Positions 53,711 through 64,000 of a stretch of DNA of 64,000 nt are shown piece after piece. Made by a program: the position numbers and the translations under genes. Within the stretch, counting starts at the first letter, position 1. Each line of letters starts with the position of its first letter. Source of the DNA: Eledone cirrhosa (taxonomy: Eukaryota); contig OZ024745.1 of assembly GCA_964016885.1 (NCBI GenBank), forward strand, positions 57,846,001 to 57,910,000, in the 5' to 3' direction. Under the pieces are notes generated by a model. The model saw only the letters and a list, made by a program, of their open reading frames with translations, made no database searches and was not told the origin of the DNA.

Positions 53711-56700
53711 ATAACAATATGAGGAATCAGATCCACGTACACATCTTATTATTTCAAATAGAAATGCTGTTGCATTGTCTATACCTATTCAGTCCATAGG
53801 TGCTTTTCGGTTGTGAACGAAATATAAATTAGAGTAATAACTGAACTGCCGCTTAAATCTTTTCAAAACAGTGATAAGACATCGTAACATATAATGCAAT
53901 AATTATATATATATATAAATAATATTGCATAAATATCTGGAACTTTCCTTTGATGCACAATATTGTCTCCCGAGAAAGCCATAAGTATTATTTTATAAAC
54001 ACCATATGGAAAATATCAATTGATGTGAATATATATGCAAACGTAGAAAATTTACCAAACCACTCTCTGATAATCTTCTTGAATCTCATATAGCTTGAAC
54101 GTCAAACGTTTCCATACAAGATAACAGATCTTTCTTTGAGCTGTATAAGTATTTTGCTAAAATTATTTAAGTGGCCAAAGGTTGTTTTGAACGGTTTGAC
54201 AAGATACGTTGCAGCAATCCACTCAACTAATACAGAAAATACTTTTATGTTTTGGCTATTATCCATTACTTGACACGTATCAAGAACGTTTGAATTCTAC
54301 CACCAATATCAGAAACGAAGGCTATAAATTGCTTCTAGACTAATATCTTAAGAAAACGAAACATAATAATGCACCATCCTTTGATTCGTTAATATAATCT
54401 GTGAAATGTCGTGGCTCTTAATAGGAAATTTCAATCAATGACTATTATTGAATGACACAAATTTTGATTTGAAATTATTTCATGGCATAAATAAATTCAT
54501 GTGTTTTCAGATTGCAGGTTTTGATGCATCCGATAATTGAATACTTGCTATTCTCTATCCGAATTCGTTTTATCAACTATTGTGACCAGAATGGGATTCA
54601 TTAACGTACTTCGACGCTTAATAAAACTGCGACAGCTTTATTACCATTTTTATTTTGAGCTTAAATCCAGTCAGTATCGGATTTTGCTTGCATCCCACGA
54701 GGCTCGATAAAATAAGAAACAAAAAAACAATAAACGTTACTTCAATTGATCACATTTAGTTCGATTCCTTTATTGCCAGTGCTCAAATTTCGCAGGATCC
54801 ATAGTTATATTTTTGGCTAAGGGGCCATCAATAAAGAAAGTATTCGTCTGCCAGGTACCAGTTTTTAACAAAAAGACTATAATCTCTTAAAATATGTTAG
54901 CACTATTATTAATAGTATTAGTAAAATAGTATTAGTAAAAAGGGTTTATGATTTCAGACTGGATGATTTGCTTTAGTAGCGTGTATTTTCTTCTTTCAGG
55001 TGTTGATAAAATAATTTATTCCATACACGTATGAAGTGGAATATCTATCTGTTAGACACGCAGTGACTAACAACAGAATGTTTTAAGTCTGCGTGTCTGA
55101 CATATATGCGTAGCTTGTGACTAAAAAATTCAAGGGGTGTCGCTGGTCGCAGTGATCGCTGCCAAACATGTTTTGTAACGTATCGCCTTATTGGCTAATT
55201 TCATCGTCTTATTGGCTAATCAACCAACGAGACTAATTGTTGCTCTAAAGCATCCGCCATTTTGTTTGCACGTTTATTTATCGTTTCGCTTTCGAATCTT
55301 CCTCCTGTATTTCGTCGTTTATCATCAAAATATTTTTCTCGTTTTCGTAAGTTATATTGTTAATTTACATATGATTTTTTAAATTTATATTAACTATTTT
55401 TTTTCAGTTCGTATTAACATGCTTATAATATTGGTTGTATCATATTTACTTGTATATTTGTCCACATTATTGTTCGTTTTATGTTAGATTATTTTATTAT
55501 TATTATGTTAGATTATTTTTTTATTATTATGTTAGACTATTTGTATGTAATATTTAATTTTTATTAATTCAACTATAACAATTATTATGTAAAATATATT
55601 TATTTAATATTGATTGTTTTTTGTAGTTGTTTATATTAAAAGTCTGATCTTATTTTTATACATCTTACAATAATATTTATAAGATCATTTATAAAATAAC
55701 AATTACATAATCTTGCTATCGGTATTAAATATTGTATTTGTTAATTAATACTAATCAATTAATAATAGATTATTAAAAAAATTATTATTATATTGCAGGT
55801 TTACTTAGAGCACGTGTCACAATATCAGCATAACATATTACCATAAGGACACAAACACGCTTCTTTCTTTTTCACGTTTTATATTGGAACTATAAAATCC
55901 TCTTTTCTTTGGAATTGCCAAGCTACGAATTACTTCAGCCACGACACAACACGTATATATATGACCTTCTTTTTTTATTTTTAGCAGAAAATCGGAGGGA
56001 AATCATCGTTGTGGTGCAATGAGAATATTCAAAAGATACATTTGTGCCTATGCTTTTGATATCATTATCAGCGTTGCGACAATTTAAGTTATAGCAATAT
56101 TATATAAATATATTTGAAACACGGATATGAAAGTCTTTGTCATTAAATGGAGGCGACGCATACTTGAAAGCCTCCATTATGTTGTCTAGTGATAAAACTG
56201 ATTTATTGAGAGTGTAAATAATGGACAGCGGTATTTCTAATTATGCCTGCTATAAGTGAAACAATGCATTTTGTTCTGTTGCCAACAGCAACCGGTCGTG
56301 TGTATTGTATTTTACTGTGTAACTCCCTTTCCAATTTATAAAGACAATAAGAAATATTGTATTACATGGCGATTTCAAAATGAGATAATTGTATTCCAGG
56401 CTTATTGTTCGGGTCAAATTGTGTGCATACCATATACCATAAAAAAATATAGCATTATATGGTGTCCACTATTCAATCACATGCAGGAAATTCCCCAGTG
56501 CGATTTCTTTATTAATAACTCAGGTATGATATTAGGAAAATAATATTAAAGGGGCATTTAAAACTTAGCCTGCCTCCCCATGCGAAAGAAAGGCGGCGTG
56601 ACGATCTGCACGATGATCTCAGCTAATATTCAAATTCGTCCTACATGCAACGTAACATAAAACCACAAGACAGTAGTGCTCGGAAACAGAACGCATTCGT

Positions 56701-57550
56701 GTATGGCATTGCAGTTTCTTCGCTCTACGTGCATTATGGACAGCTTCGACTGACTATATTGCCATATCGCTAGAGTTTGTCTCTAAAGATGTAATACTTC
56801 TTGTTAGCACTGCCAAACCAGGGATTTCTGGAAGTTATCCTTTGTATCTGAGTTGATTTTCGTTGATTTTCGTTGACGCCCAGTTTCTCTCTTCAAACCT
56901 TATCACTTTTCCGGCAACTAACATTCTATAGTACCCAGGTTGAGGCCTCGTACGATAATACTGCAGATAGATATAGGCGCTTAAAGACATTTAGCGCTCT
57001 CTCTCTCGGTCGTTGCTCTGCACAGGTCTTCACCTATATCAAGGTGGTGAGCTAGGGAAACACATGACTAGCAAAGGCCAACGAAACTTGTTTACCCACA
57101 AGGTACACACGTTTGACTAGCTGTGTCCAATGGTGTAAACAGAAATATCGATTGTAACAGAAATCCTATATAATAAAACATCTTAATATAGTAAATTATC
57201 GTCAAATATGCATCCCAAATCAAGGTCTCTAATTGGTGCCACCAAACTACTTTTCTTCTAATCAGTTGCTTATCCTCTACACAGAAAAAATATGAGCAAC
57301 AGTAGATTATAACAAACCTTATATTAGATTGTATTAAAACAAATGTAGCAAGCAGTCAGGATACCGTCCAAAATAGATTGTAGTTAATTTAGGAAAAATG
57401 CAGTCATCACAGGCATTATATCGACTTCATAGTGACGCAATTTACACCCAATGTTTTTGAGGAGCTGACAATGGATTACAATCTTCGTACAATCAATTAA
57501 AATTCAACAACCTACTCTGATCTACTTCAATTTCATTATCTCATATGTAA

Positions 57551-57737
57551 AAGGGCGGTGGATTGGCAGTATCAGTAGAGGGTCGGACGCCATGCTTTCC
57601 AGCATAGTTACGTCCCTTTACGATCTGAGTTCAAATCCCGCCGAAGTTGACTTTGCCTTTCATCCTTACGGGGTGGATAAAATAAAGTACCAGTAATGCA
57701 CTGGGTAATTGCTGGCCTTGTGCCTAAAGTAGAAACA
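57551..57737 (+). mobile_element. Full-length young SINE with 16 bp TSD
   Basis: TSD ATTATCTCATATGTAA at 57535-57550 and 57738-57753. Confidence 0.92.
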
Positions 57738-57990
57738 ATTATCTCATATGTAATCACGTATCTCATACTCAATAGTTTTTTGCGTTTTTTTTTTAATAGT
57801 ACAGCCTCAAATCACAGCTTTAGAGAGCACCCGGTCTGTTATTTATTTCCTCTATAGAAATGATTTACAGAAGGTGGAACTTCATAACTTCTGCAAAGAC
57901 GTAACATATTAATACTCGTTAAGATCATAGACACTTATCTTTATCTTCTGCTTCATCTGTGAAGAAAATATTCATGTACACATATTAATT

Positions 57991-58174
57991 GTTTCTACTT
58001 TAGGCACAAGGCCAGCAATTACCCAGTGCATTACTGGTACTTTATTTTATCGACCCCGTAAGGATGAAAGGCAAAGTCAACCTCAGCGGAATTTGAACTC
58101 AGATCGTAAAGGGACGTAACTATGCTGGAAAGCATGGCGTCCGACCCTCTACTGATACTGCCAATCCACCGCCC
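57991..58174 (-). mobile_element. Full-length young SINE with ~20 bp TSD
   Basis: TSD TTCATGTACACATATTAATT at 57971-57990 and 58175-58194. Confidence 0.92.
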
Positions 58175-58487
58175 TTCATGTACACATATTAATTACTTTT
58201 GTTTGATAGACATCATGTACGTATTTGATTAAGCACTTATGTATAAAACATATACAAGATACGTAGTCGTCCCACCACAAAAGTCTATATTAACAATGGG
58301 CGGTCCGGTTTTTGAAATTCCAGAGATTCTTTAACAAATATTCCCAAACATCATTTATAATGATTTCTGCTTTTTTCTTCTTGGTCTGGGACTAACCACC
58401 TTTATCATCGACTGCAGCAATATTCCGTTATTTATGCAATATTCGTATTTCAAATCTCTTTCTGGTTACGGGAATGTCTGGGGAAAA

Positions 58488-58555
58488 TTCTTCTTCTTCT
58501 TCTTCTTCTTCTTCTTCTTCTTCTTCTTCTTCTTCTTCTTCTTCTTTTTCTTCTT
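58488..58555. repeat. (TTC)n microsatellite
   Basis: direct reading. Confidence 0.9.
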
Positions 58556-58569
58556 AATTCGACTGCTTC

Positions 58570-58780
58570 TCCTTCCCTGTCTTCTCAGGTGAAGGATGCT
58601 TCATGGTGAACGAGACAAAAAGGAATGAAGACTGTCATATAACACTTCGATCAAGCTCTCACGACATATTTAAGTTTCACCTGGAAAGGGAGATAACTGT
58701 TGAGAGGGAGGTACTACTTTGCATTAAATTTCCCAAAGTCTGGATGAAAATAGCGAAGGTTGCAAGAGAATGAATATAGT
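58570..58780 (+). pseudogene. L1/Tx1-like LINE C-terminal fragment
   Basis: KFHLEREITVEREVL...W.KIAKVAR resembles KFHMERKVRVE at ~53480-53515. Confidence 0.45.
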
Positions 58781-59014
58781 TCCAGTTGGGTCTGTAGGTC
58801 AGGGTGACTTACATGTTGTAAGGTTCTTCAATTACACATAAGTAATAAGTATTCAGCTCTCTGTCCTAAGATAAATGAATACACAACTGCATCCCACGTA
58901 TAAACCCGTTAATCTATTTTTCCTCATTTCTATGTAAACACCTACGTCCATATTCTAATTTGATTTGTGATATCCCTTTCATCTAAAGATCCGATGAAAA
59001 TGAATATAATTAGA

Positions 59015-59225
59015 ACTATCGGTAGAGCACCGGACAACAGACTTTGCGGCACAGAGTTGCGTCGCTTAACGTTCTGAGATCAAATCCCGCTGACGTTAGC
59101 TTTGCCTTTCATCTTCAGATGTTAGACCGACACAATAAAGTACCAGTAACGCACTGGATTCGATTTAATCGATGTTCCCCTTCCCCCGAATGTGTTAGCC
59201 TTGTGTCTTAATCCGAAACCGTTAT
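59015..59225 (+). mobile_element. Older related SINE subfamily
   Basis: GAGATCAAATCCCGC...TTTGCCTTTCATC...AATAAAGTACCAGT...CGATTTAATCGA...CCTTGTGTC. Confidence 0.7.
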
Positions 59226-60324
59226 TGTATATATCTTTATTATTATATTATTTTATGCTTCGATGACTATCTGCCTGGTATCAAGTTTTTGCAATATTTC
59301 TTAAGTAACATGTATGTTCAACCTACTTGGTGCAGTCTACAGGCTAACTGTTTAGATGACCTTTATCACATACAAGGAAACCTCTAGAATAAGAGAACAC
59401 TGACTCGACCGTAACAAAAGTAATTATAGATACATTTATACAGATATATACATTATATACGTGGAGGAATGTGAATATGTTGGTATGTGAGAGTGAGTAC
59501 GAACCCGTTTTCTTCTTTGTTTCTCTATATATTTCTTATGTATTTCGTTGTTAAATTTGATTTCCTTCTGTTTTTCTATTTATTTTTCGTTTTGTTATGT
59601 GTTTATCTGACTGTTAGCAAAACAGACACAATTTGCAAGAGAAACAAAACCAATATTGATGTATGCGTTCACATAAACTAAATAATAGGATGAAAACAAA
59701 GAAAAAAAACAAGTTATCCTGAAATAGTGCAAACTAGAAATGATTTCATCTTCAGAAAACCTGACAGGATGATAGCTAAGAACATAGGAAAAAGACTCAG
59801 AACAATTAAGTAAATTAAGAAGAGAGAAAATAGCTAATAGAATGACGATTATGTTCTATAGAATTAGAAAAAGAAAAATAAAGAAAATATCCAATATAAA
59901 TTGATTGACTAAATGTGATACTTAGAAGCAGACAAGGCGGTTCGAACTAAATATAATCACAAGCTGAACTGTGTAAATAGGATCAGACAGATGCATAGGC
60001 TTAAGTTAAGAAGAACACAAATAGATATTATATTTGCATACACACATGCACACACAGACCCACACTTAGCAGAATGCAGCCGAAAGTAAAACGGTGGAGC
60101 AGGGGCAGGTAAGCGCTTCAGGAAGTCAAGAGCGAATGGTCGGGATTTTTCAGGCGAGCACTGTTGGTCAACACCTAGCAGAAGGCAGCCGAGATCCAAA
60201 GGCCAGAACCGATGCAGATGAGAACTAACGATTCAAGCTTGGCAGAAGGCAGCCGAGGAAAAATGATTGTAGCCGATGTAGGTTCCTTCTTCTCGCCCTC
60301 CCCCTCCCACTCCTCCGCCACCAC

Positions 60325-60490
60325 ATCTTCCTCCTCATCCTCATCATCATCCTCCTTCTTCTTCTTCTTCTTCTTCTTCTTCTTCTTCTTCTTCTTCTTC
60401 TTCTTCTTCTTCTTCTTCTTCTCCTCCTACTCCTATTCCACCCCCTTCCCTCCTCCTCCACCACCTTCTTCTTCTTTTCCTTCTTCTTCA
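60325..60490. repeat. (TCC)/(TTC)n pyrimidine-rich microsatellite
   Basis: direct reading. Confidence 0.9.
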
Positions 60491-61004
60491 AGGGAAACTA
60501 TTGTGTGTATTAAACTTAAATATCTTGTATATATGACTTCCTATAAACCTATATAATGAACCATGCTAAATTTGTGCTATTGCTAATTAATCCAAGCTGG
60601 TCAAGTACGCAGTATATACAATTGAGCAACTCCAACAAAGGTTTTAGTTGCATTATATGCAAATATGAATCTCAAGTCAATATTTCATACACAGAAAGTC
60701 ATGATGGATAACATTCCAGAGAGACATGTTAGGCATTCTCGCCGGCTACTGAGATTGCTATGACAAGATCACGACTTAAAGAAGCTTTTGTGTTTATTAT
60801 ATATAAACATCTCGTACATGCCTTCATATAGAGACCTAGTATAAACCACATTATGTTAGTGCTATTGCTAATCTATACACACACACACACTCATATATAT
60901 GTATATATATATATATATATATATAGATATAGATATATATGTATATATATATATATATAGTGACGAAACATAAGTCAATTGCATGAACTCATAATCCTTT
61001 ATTT

Positions 61005-61060
61005 ACTGGTATATATATTTCGATGATAGCCATTGAATGGCGATGACCTCATCAGGCAGT
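61005..61060 (-). ncRNA. Type I hammerhead in a pLTR fragment (60960-61130)
   Basis: ACTGC-CTGATGA-GGTCATCGCCATT C AATGGCTATCATC-GAAA-TATATA-TA-CCAGT; paralog of 32157-32212. Confidence 0.75.
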
Positions 61061-61129
61061 TAGTCAGTTAGTCAGTTAGATATGCCAGCTCTGTGTTTAT
61101 GGTGTTGATGGTATCAGAGCCTTGGAACA

Positions 61130-61174
<45 letters not shown>

Positions 61175-61407
61175 CGTTTCTGAATTTGTTTAGCAAGATT
61201 CTTTATCTGAAATCGTGTGTTGAAACCGATATTGTTATACTTTGGGAGGGTCATGTTGCCAATAAGAAGCACACGCACCAGTTGCTTTCACTTCAGTTTA
61301 TTATATATTTATAAATTCATAAATTTACAAATCTACAAACTTATAAATTATAAATTTCTGGTTGGTTGGTTGGTTGGTTCCACAACCAGATAGTTGTTTA
61401 TATATAT

Positions 61408-61452
61408 AGTCATAGTCCTTTCGTCACACACTCTGTGACCTCTTCAGTGACT
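61408..61452 (-). ncRNA. Minimal type I hammerhead in the 3' pLTR
   Basis: AGTCA-CTGAAGA-G-GTCACA GAG TGTGTGAC-GAAA-GGAC-TA-TGACT; same strand as the ORF, ~280 nt after its stop. Confidence 0.8.
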
Positions 61453-61729
61453 GGGGATTCCTTTCTTCGTTTCTGTGCCTTTTCTTTCTTCTATCCTACG
61501 CCATTTTGTTTCTGTGTGTGTGTTGTGTGCTCAGTTTGCGCATGTGCCACATCCGGGTGTCTGTGTGTGTTTGTGTTCATTTTTCTATTTGTTTATTTAT
61601 TTATTGTTGGTTGGTTGTTTGTTCTATGTGTGTGTGTGTTTTCATTTTGTCCTGTGTGTGTTTTCATTTTGTGTGTGTTTTCAATTGTAAGTTGTTTGTT
61701 CTATGTGTGTGTGTGTTTTCATTTTGTCC

Positions 61730-63853
61730 TTAATTGTAAGTTGTGATGTTGCTGTTCCACTCATATTTTCTATTTAATTTTGGTTTTAATTCTTTTATGC
61801 TTACTGCCTCTGTAATTTGCCTAAACATTGCGTCTTTTCTGTGCGTGGATTCTATTTTTATTTCTATGCTCTCTAATCTACCCCTGTGTTCTATCTTAGC
61901 ATGTTGGTAGAGCACAGATGATTCTTTATTATCTTGGAGGTCTCGCCAGTGTTCATTTATTCGTTCCCCTATACTACGAGCTGTCTCACCTATGTACACT
62001 ATATTTTTGTTTCTACATTGTCCTTCGGTACATCTTATGCTATACACTACATTTCTAGTTTTACAGTTAATATGGGGGCTTATTTTACAGGTTATACATT
62101 TCTTATCTATACATGAGGGTCTTTGGAACGGGTATGTCTTGCTAATAAGTGTTTTTACGGAGGTACCAGGTCTTTCTACTATCTTAATATTGAGATTATG
62201 TTTATTTAGGGCCCTTCTAAATTTGTAGGCTAGTTCACCTCTAGGGGTTGTATTGATGAACATTACACTCTGGTATTTATTGCTATCATACCATGAGTTT
62301 ATTCTATTGGCCTTGTTCCTAGTTCTTTCTATTCTATTCCAAAATTTGCTCCTATACAAGGGGCAGGTCCCATTTATGTCATTATTTACCATTTTTTCCC
62401 ATTTGGTTCTGGCTCCTTTATACACTCTGATTCTATCTCTCTGATTGTAGCCAGAGAACTGCATACGGTGGATGAAGTGTTGTATGTGTCTCTCTAGTTC
62501 TTCGGGGTTGCACATGCGGGACACATTTCTCATCACCCGTACCAAATCCGCAATCAGTATGTTGATTTTGGTATAGTCCGAAATGGCCGAGTTTCGGTGG
62601 ATCAGATGTTTGGAAGTCATGGGTTTGGCATAATGGGAATGGAGGATTTGTTTTTGGTTGTTAATGGTATCTAACCAGAGCTCTGTGTCTAGTACAGGTA
62701 ATCGATGGTTGGGGTGTCTACTTGGGTAGTCTATAGTAACTCTAATGCTCTGGTGGATGGAGTTTGCTATTTGCTGGATGCTTTCCATTGTGTTTTTCTC
62801 TAGTTCCTGACTGTTCTTTAGTGGGGGTGTCTTAACTACGATGTTTATATCATCTACGTAGCGGGAGTACATTATCAGGGTTAAGCTGTCTTCTAATTGT
62901 TCATTAAGTTTTTGTTTAAGTCTACTGTCCCAGCATACCATGAATAAGTTAGCTATGTCGCCTGCAATGCTAACACCAATGGCTGCTCCTTCCTCTTGGG
63001 CATATGTTTTACCATTAAATTTGAACATATGTTCCTTAAGGGTTAATTTTATGCTGGCCCCTACCGCATGTGCAATCATTTTCTTCAGTTCATCGTGGTT
63101 TTCGGGTGTCCGTATGGCTCTGGTCCACCCGTTCCATCTATCTGTGTGGGTTTTCTTGGCCATTGAGGTAATGGTAGGTGGTCTGCCTCTTGCTGGTCTT
63201 GTAGGGCACAGGTTGCTAAGGTCATAAGTGTCTAGGTAACTATTACTATGGGTAAGCTTAAGTAGAAGTCCCAGCTCACTGGTATCAATCCCACGGAACT
63301 CAACCTTGCTCTCGCTGATCATTTCTACGCATTTCTCCACAGCAAAATCCACGTCAATAGATGGATACAGGGACACAACATCCATACTGCCTAATATGCA
63401 GTTTGTTAGGTCCCCAGATCGGTTACCCGCGCCGATTCTGCTGAGGAGGTCCTCCGTGCTGTCACACACATCTGGGGACATCTCAATGATGGGGCGTATG
63501 ATCAGGGAGAGAAAGTAGGACAGTCTGTAGTTACTAGCAATGTTAGCCCCACAGACTGGTCGTGTTGGTGGTCCCGTGACAGGGTCCCAGCCCGTTTTAT
63601 GGTCTTTTCGAAGCCCATACAACGCCGGCACGTCATTGTTCCAGGCCTGGAAGTTGTTGGCAGTCCTTTTGTTGGGCTGCATTATATTTGTCCACATCAC
63701 CATATGGGCATTGAGGGCTTTTTCTCTATCCTCATGCACCTGTGGTGCTACCTCTCTTGTGTTAGTGATGTGGGGTTGCATTGCCTGGATGTAGTTTAGC
63801 AGGCTGTCAACCGACATTCTGCCAGACTTGTCTGTTGGAAAACATGCTATCTC
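61730..63853 (-). CDS. PLE polyprotein (RT + Cys linker + GIY-YIG), ~707 aa, N-terminally truncated
   Basis: PTDKSG, LYGLRKDHK..PTRPVC, SMDVVSLYPSI, YAQEEGAAIG, RYVDD, LPVLD, YAKPM, CIDKKCITC..NCK.RNVVYSIRC..C..YIGETARS..ERINEH, RQITEAV, LNRK.EW; the MVFSKP start in the ORF track comes from the inverted segment. Confidence 0.93.
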   Translation of the reverse strand, partial: EIACFPTDKSGRMSVDSLLNYIQAMQPHITNTREVAPQVHEDREKALNAHMVMWTNIMQPNKRTANNFQAWNNDVPALYGLRKDHKTGWDPVTGPPTRPVCGANIASNYRLSYFLSLIIRPIIEMSPDVCDSTEDLLSRIGAGNRSGDLTNCILGSMDVVSLYPSIDVDFAVEKCVEMISESKVEFRGIDTSELGLLLKLTHSNSYLDTYDLSNLCPTRPARGRPPTITSMAKKTHTDRWNGWTRAIRTPENHDELKKMIAHAVGASIKLTLKEHMFKFNGKTYAQEEGAAIGVSIAGDIANLFMVCWDSRLKQKLNEQLEDSLTLIMYSRYVDDINIVVKTPPLKNSQELEKNTMESIQQIANSIHQSIRVTIDYPSRHPNHRLPVLDTELWLDTINNQKQILHSHYAKPMTSKHLIHRNSAISDYTKINILIADLVRVMRNVSRMCNPEELERHIQHFIHRMQFSGYNQRDRIRVYKGARTKWEKMVNNDINGTCPLYRSKFWNRIERTRNKANRINSWYDSNKYQSVMFINTTPRGELAYKFRRALNKHNLNIKIVERPGTSVKTLISKTYPFQRPSCIDKKCITCKISPHINCKTRNVVYSIRCTEGQCRNKNIVYIGETARSIGERINEHWRDLQDNKESSVLYQHAKIEHRGRLESIEIKIESTHRKDAMFRQITEAVSIKELKPKLNRKYEWNSNITTYN

Positions 63854-64000
63854 TATGGGCTTCGAAAAGACCATAAAACGGGCTGGGACCCTGTCACGGG
63901 ACCACCAACACGACCAGTCTGTGGGGCTAACATTGCTAGTAACTACAGACTGTCCTACTTCCTCTCCAAATTTTGGAATAGAATAGAAAGAACTAGGAAC

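Larger units (their letters stand above)
61191..64000 (-). mobile_element. Penelope-like element: 3' pLTR, long ORF and rearranged inverted 5' end running off the window
   Basis: pLTR shared with 45.6-46.2 kb; ORF 61730-63853; 63854-63967 and 63967-64000 are inverted copies of internal segments. Confidence 0.93.

Noticed and set aside
54970-56050. Several polypyrimidine-AG acceptor-like sites suggesting host exons
   Set aside because: No consistent open frame, matching donor or recognisable protein; needs RNA-seq

Overview
AT-rich eukaryotic non-genic or intronic DNA with no supportable host gene. The recurrent SINE and the (TA)n/(TG)n density suggest an octopod cephalopod (inference). Almost all short ORFs in the track are microsatellite artefacts. 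The dominant signal is a dense set of Penelope-like retroelements (PLEs) from several families. Two carry long uninterrupted RT + GIY-YIG frames (37514-39043 and 61730-63853, both minus strand). There are also several Naiad-type GIY-YIG/linker remnants and many non-coding inverted or direct pseudo-LTR (pLTR) pieces, mostly beside (TA)n tracts. About 20 type I hammerhead ribozyme (HHR) motifs or remnants can be read in these repeats. They include a compensatory U3-A8 core variant, a U4C core, extra-nucleotide variants and a ~105-nt stem II. Several fold-back palindromes turn inside HHR stem-II-like hairpins. Also present: CRE-clade, R4/Dong, RTE, L1/Tx1 and CR1-like LINE fragments, a Helitron remnant, a probable piggyBac remnant, about 10 SINE copies (including a young inverted pair), a mariner-type MITE, a 1.37 kb nearly pure A/T tract and a local complex rearrangement. 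Coordinates and alignments were read by eye and may be off by a few bases; clade names come from motif recall, not database searches.
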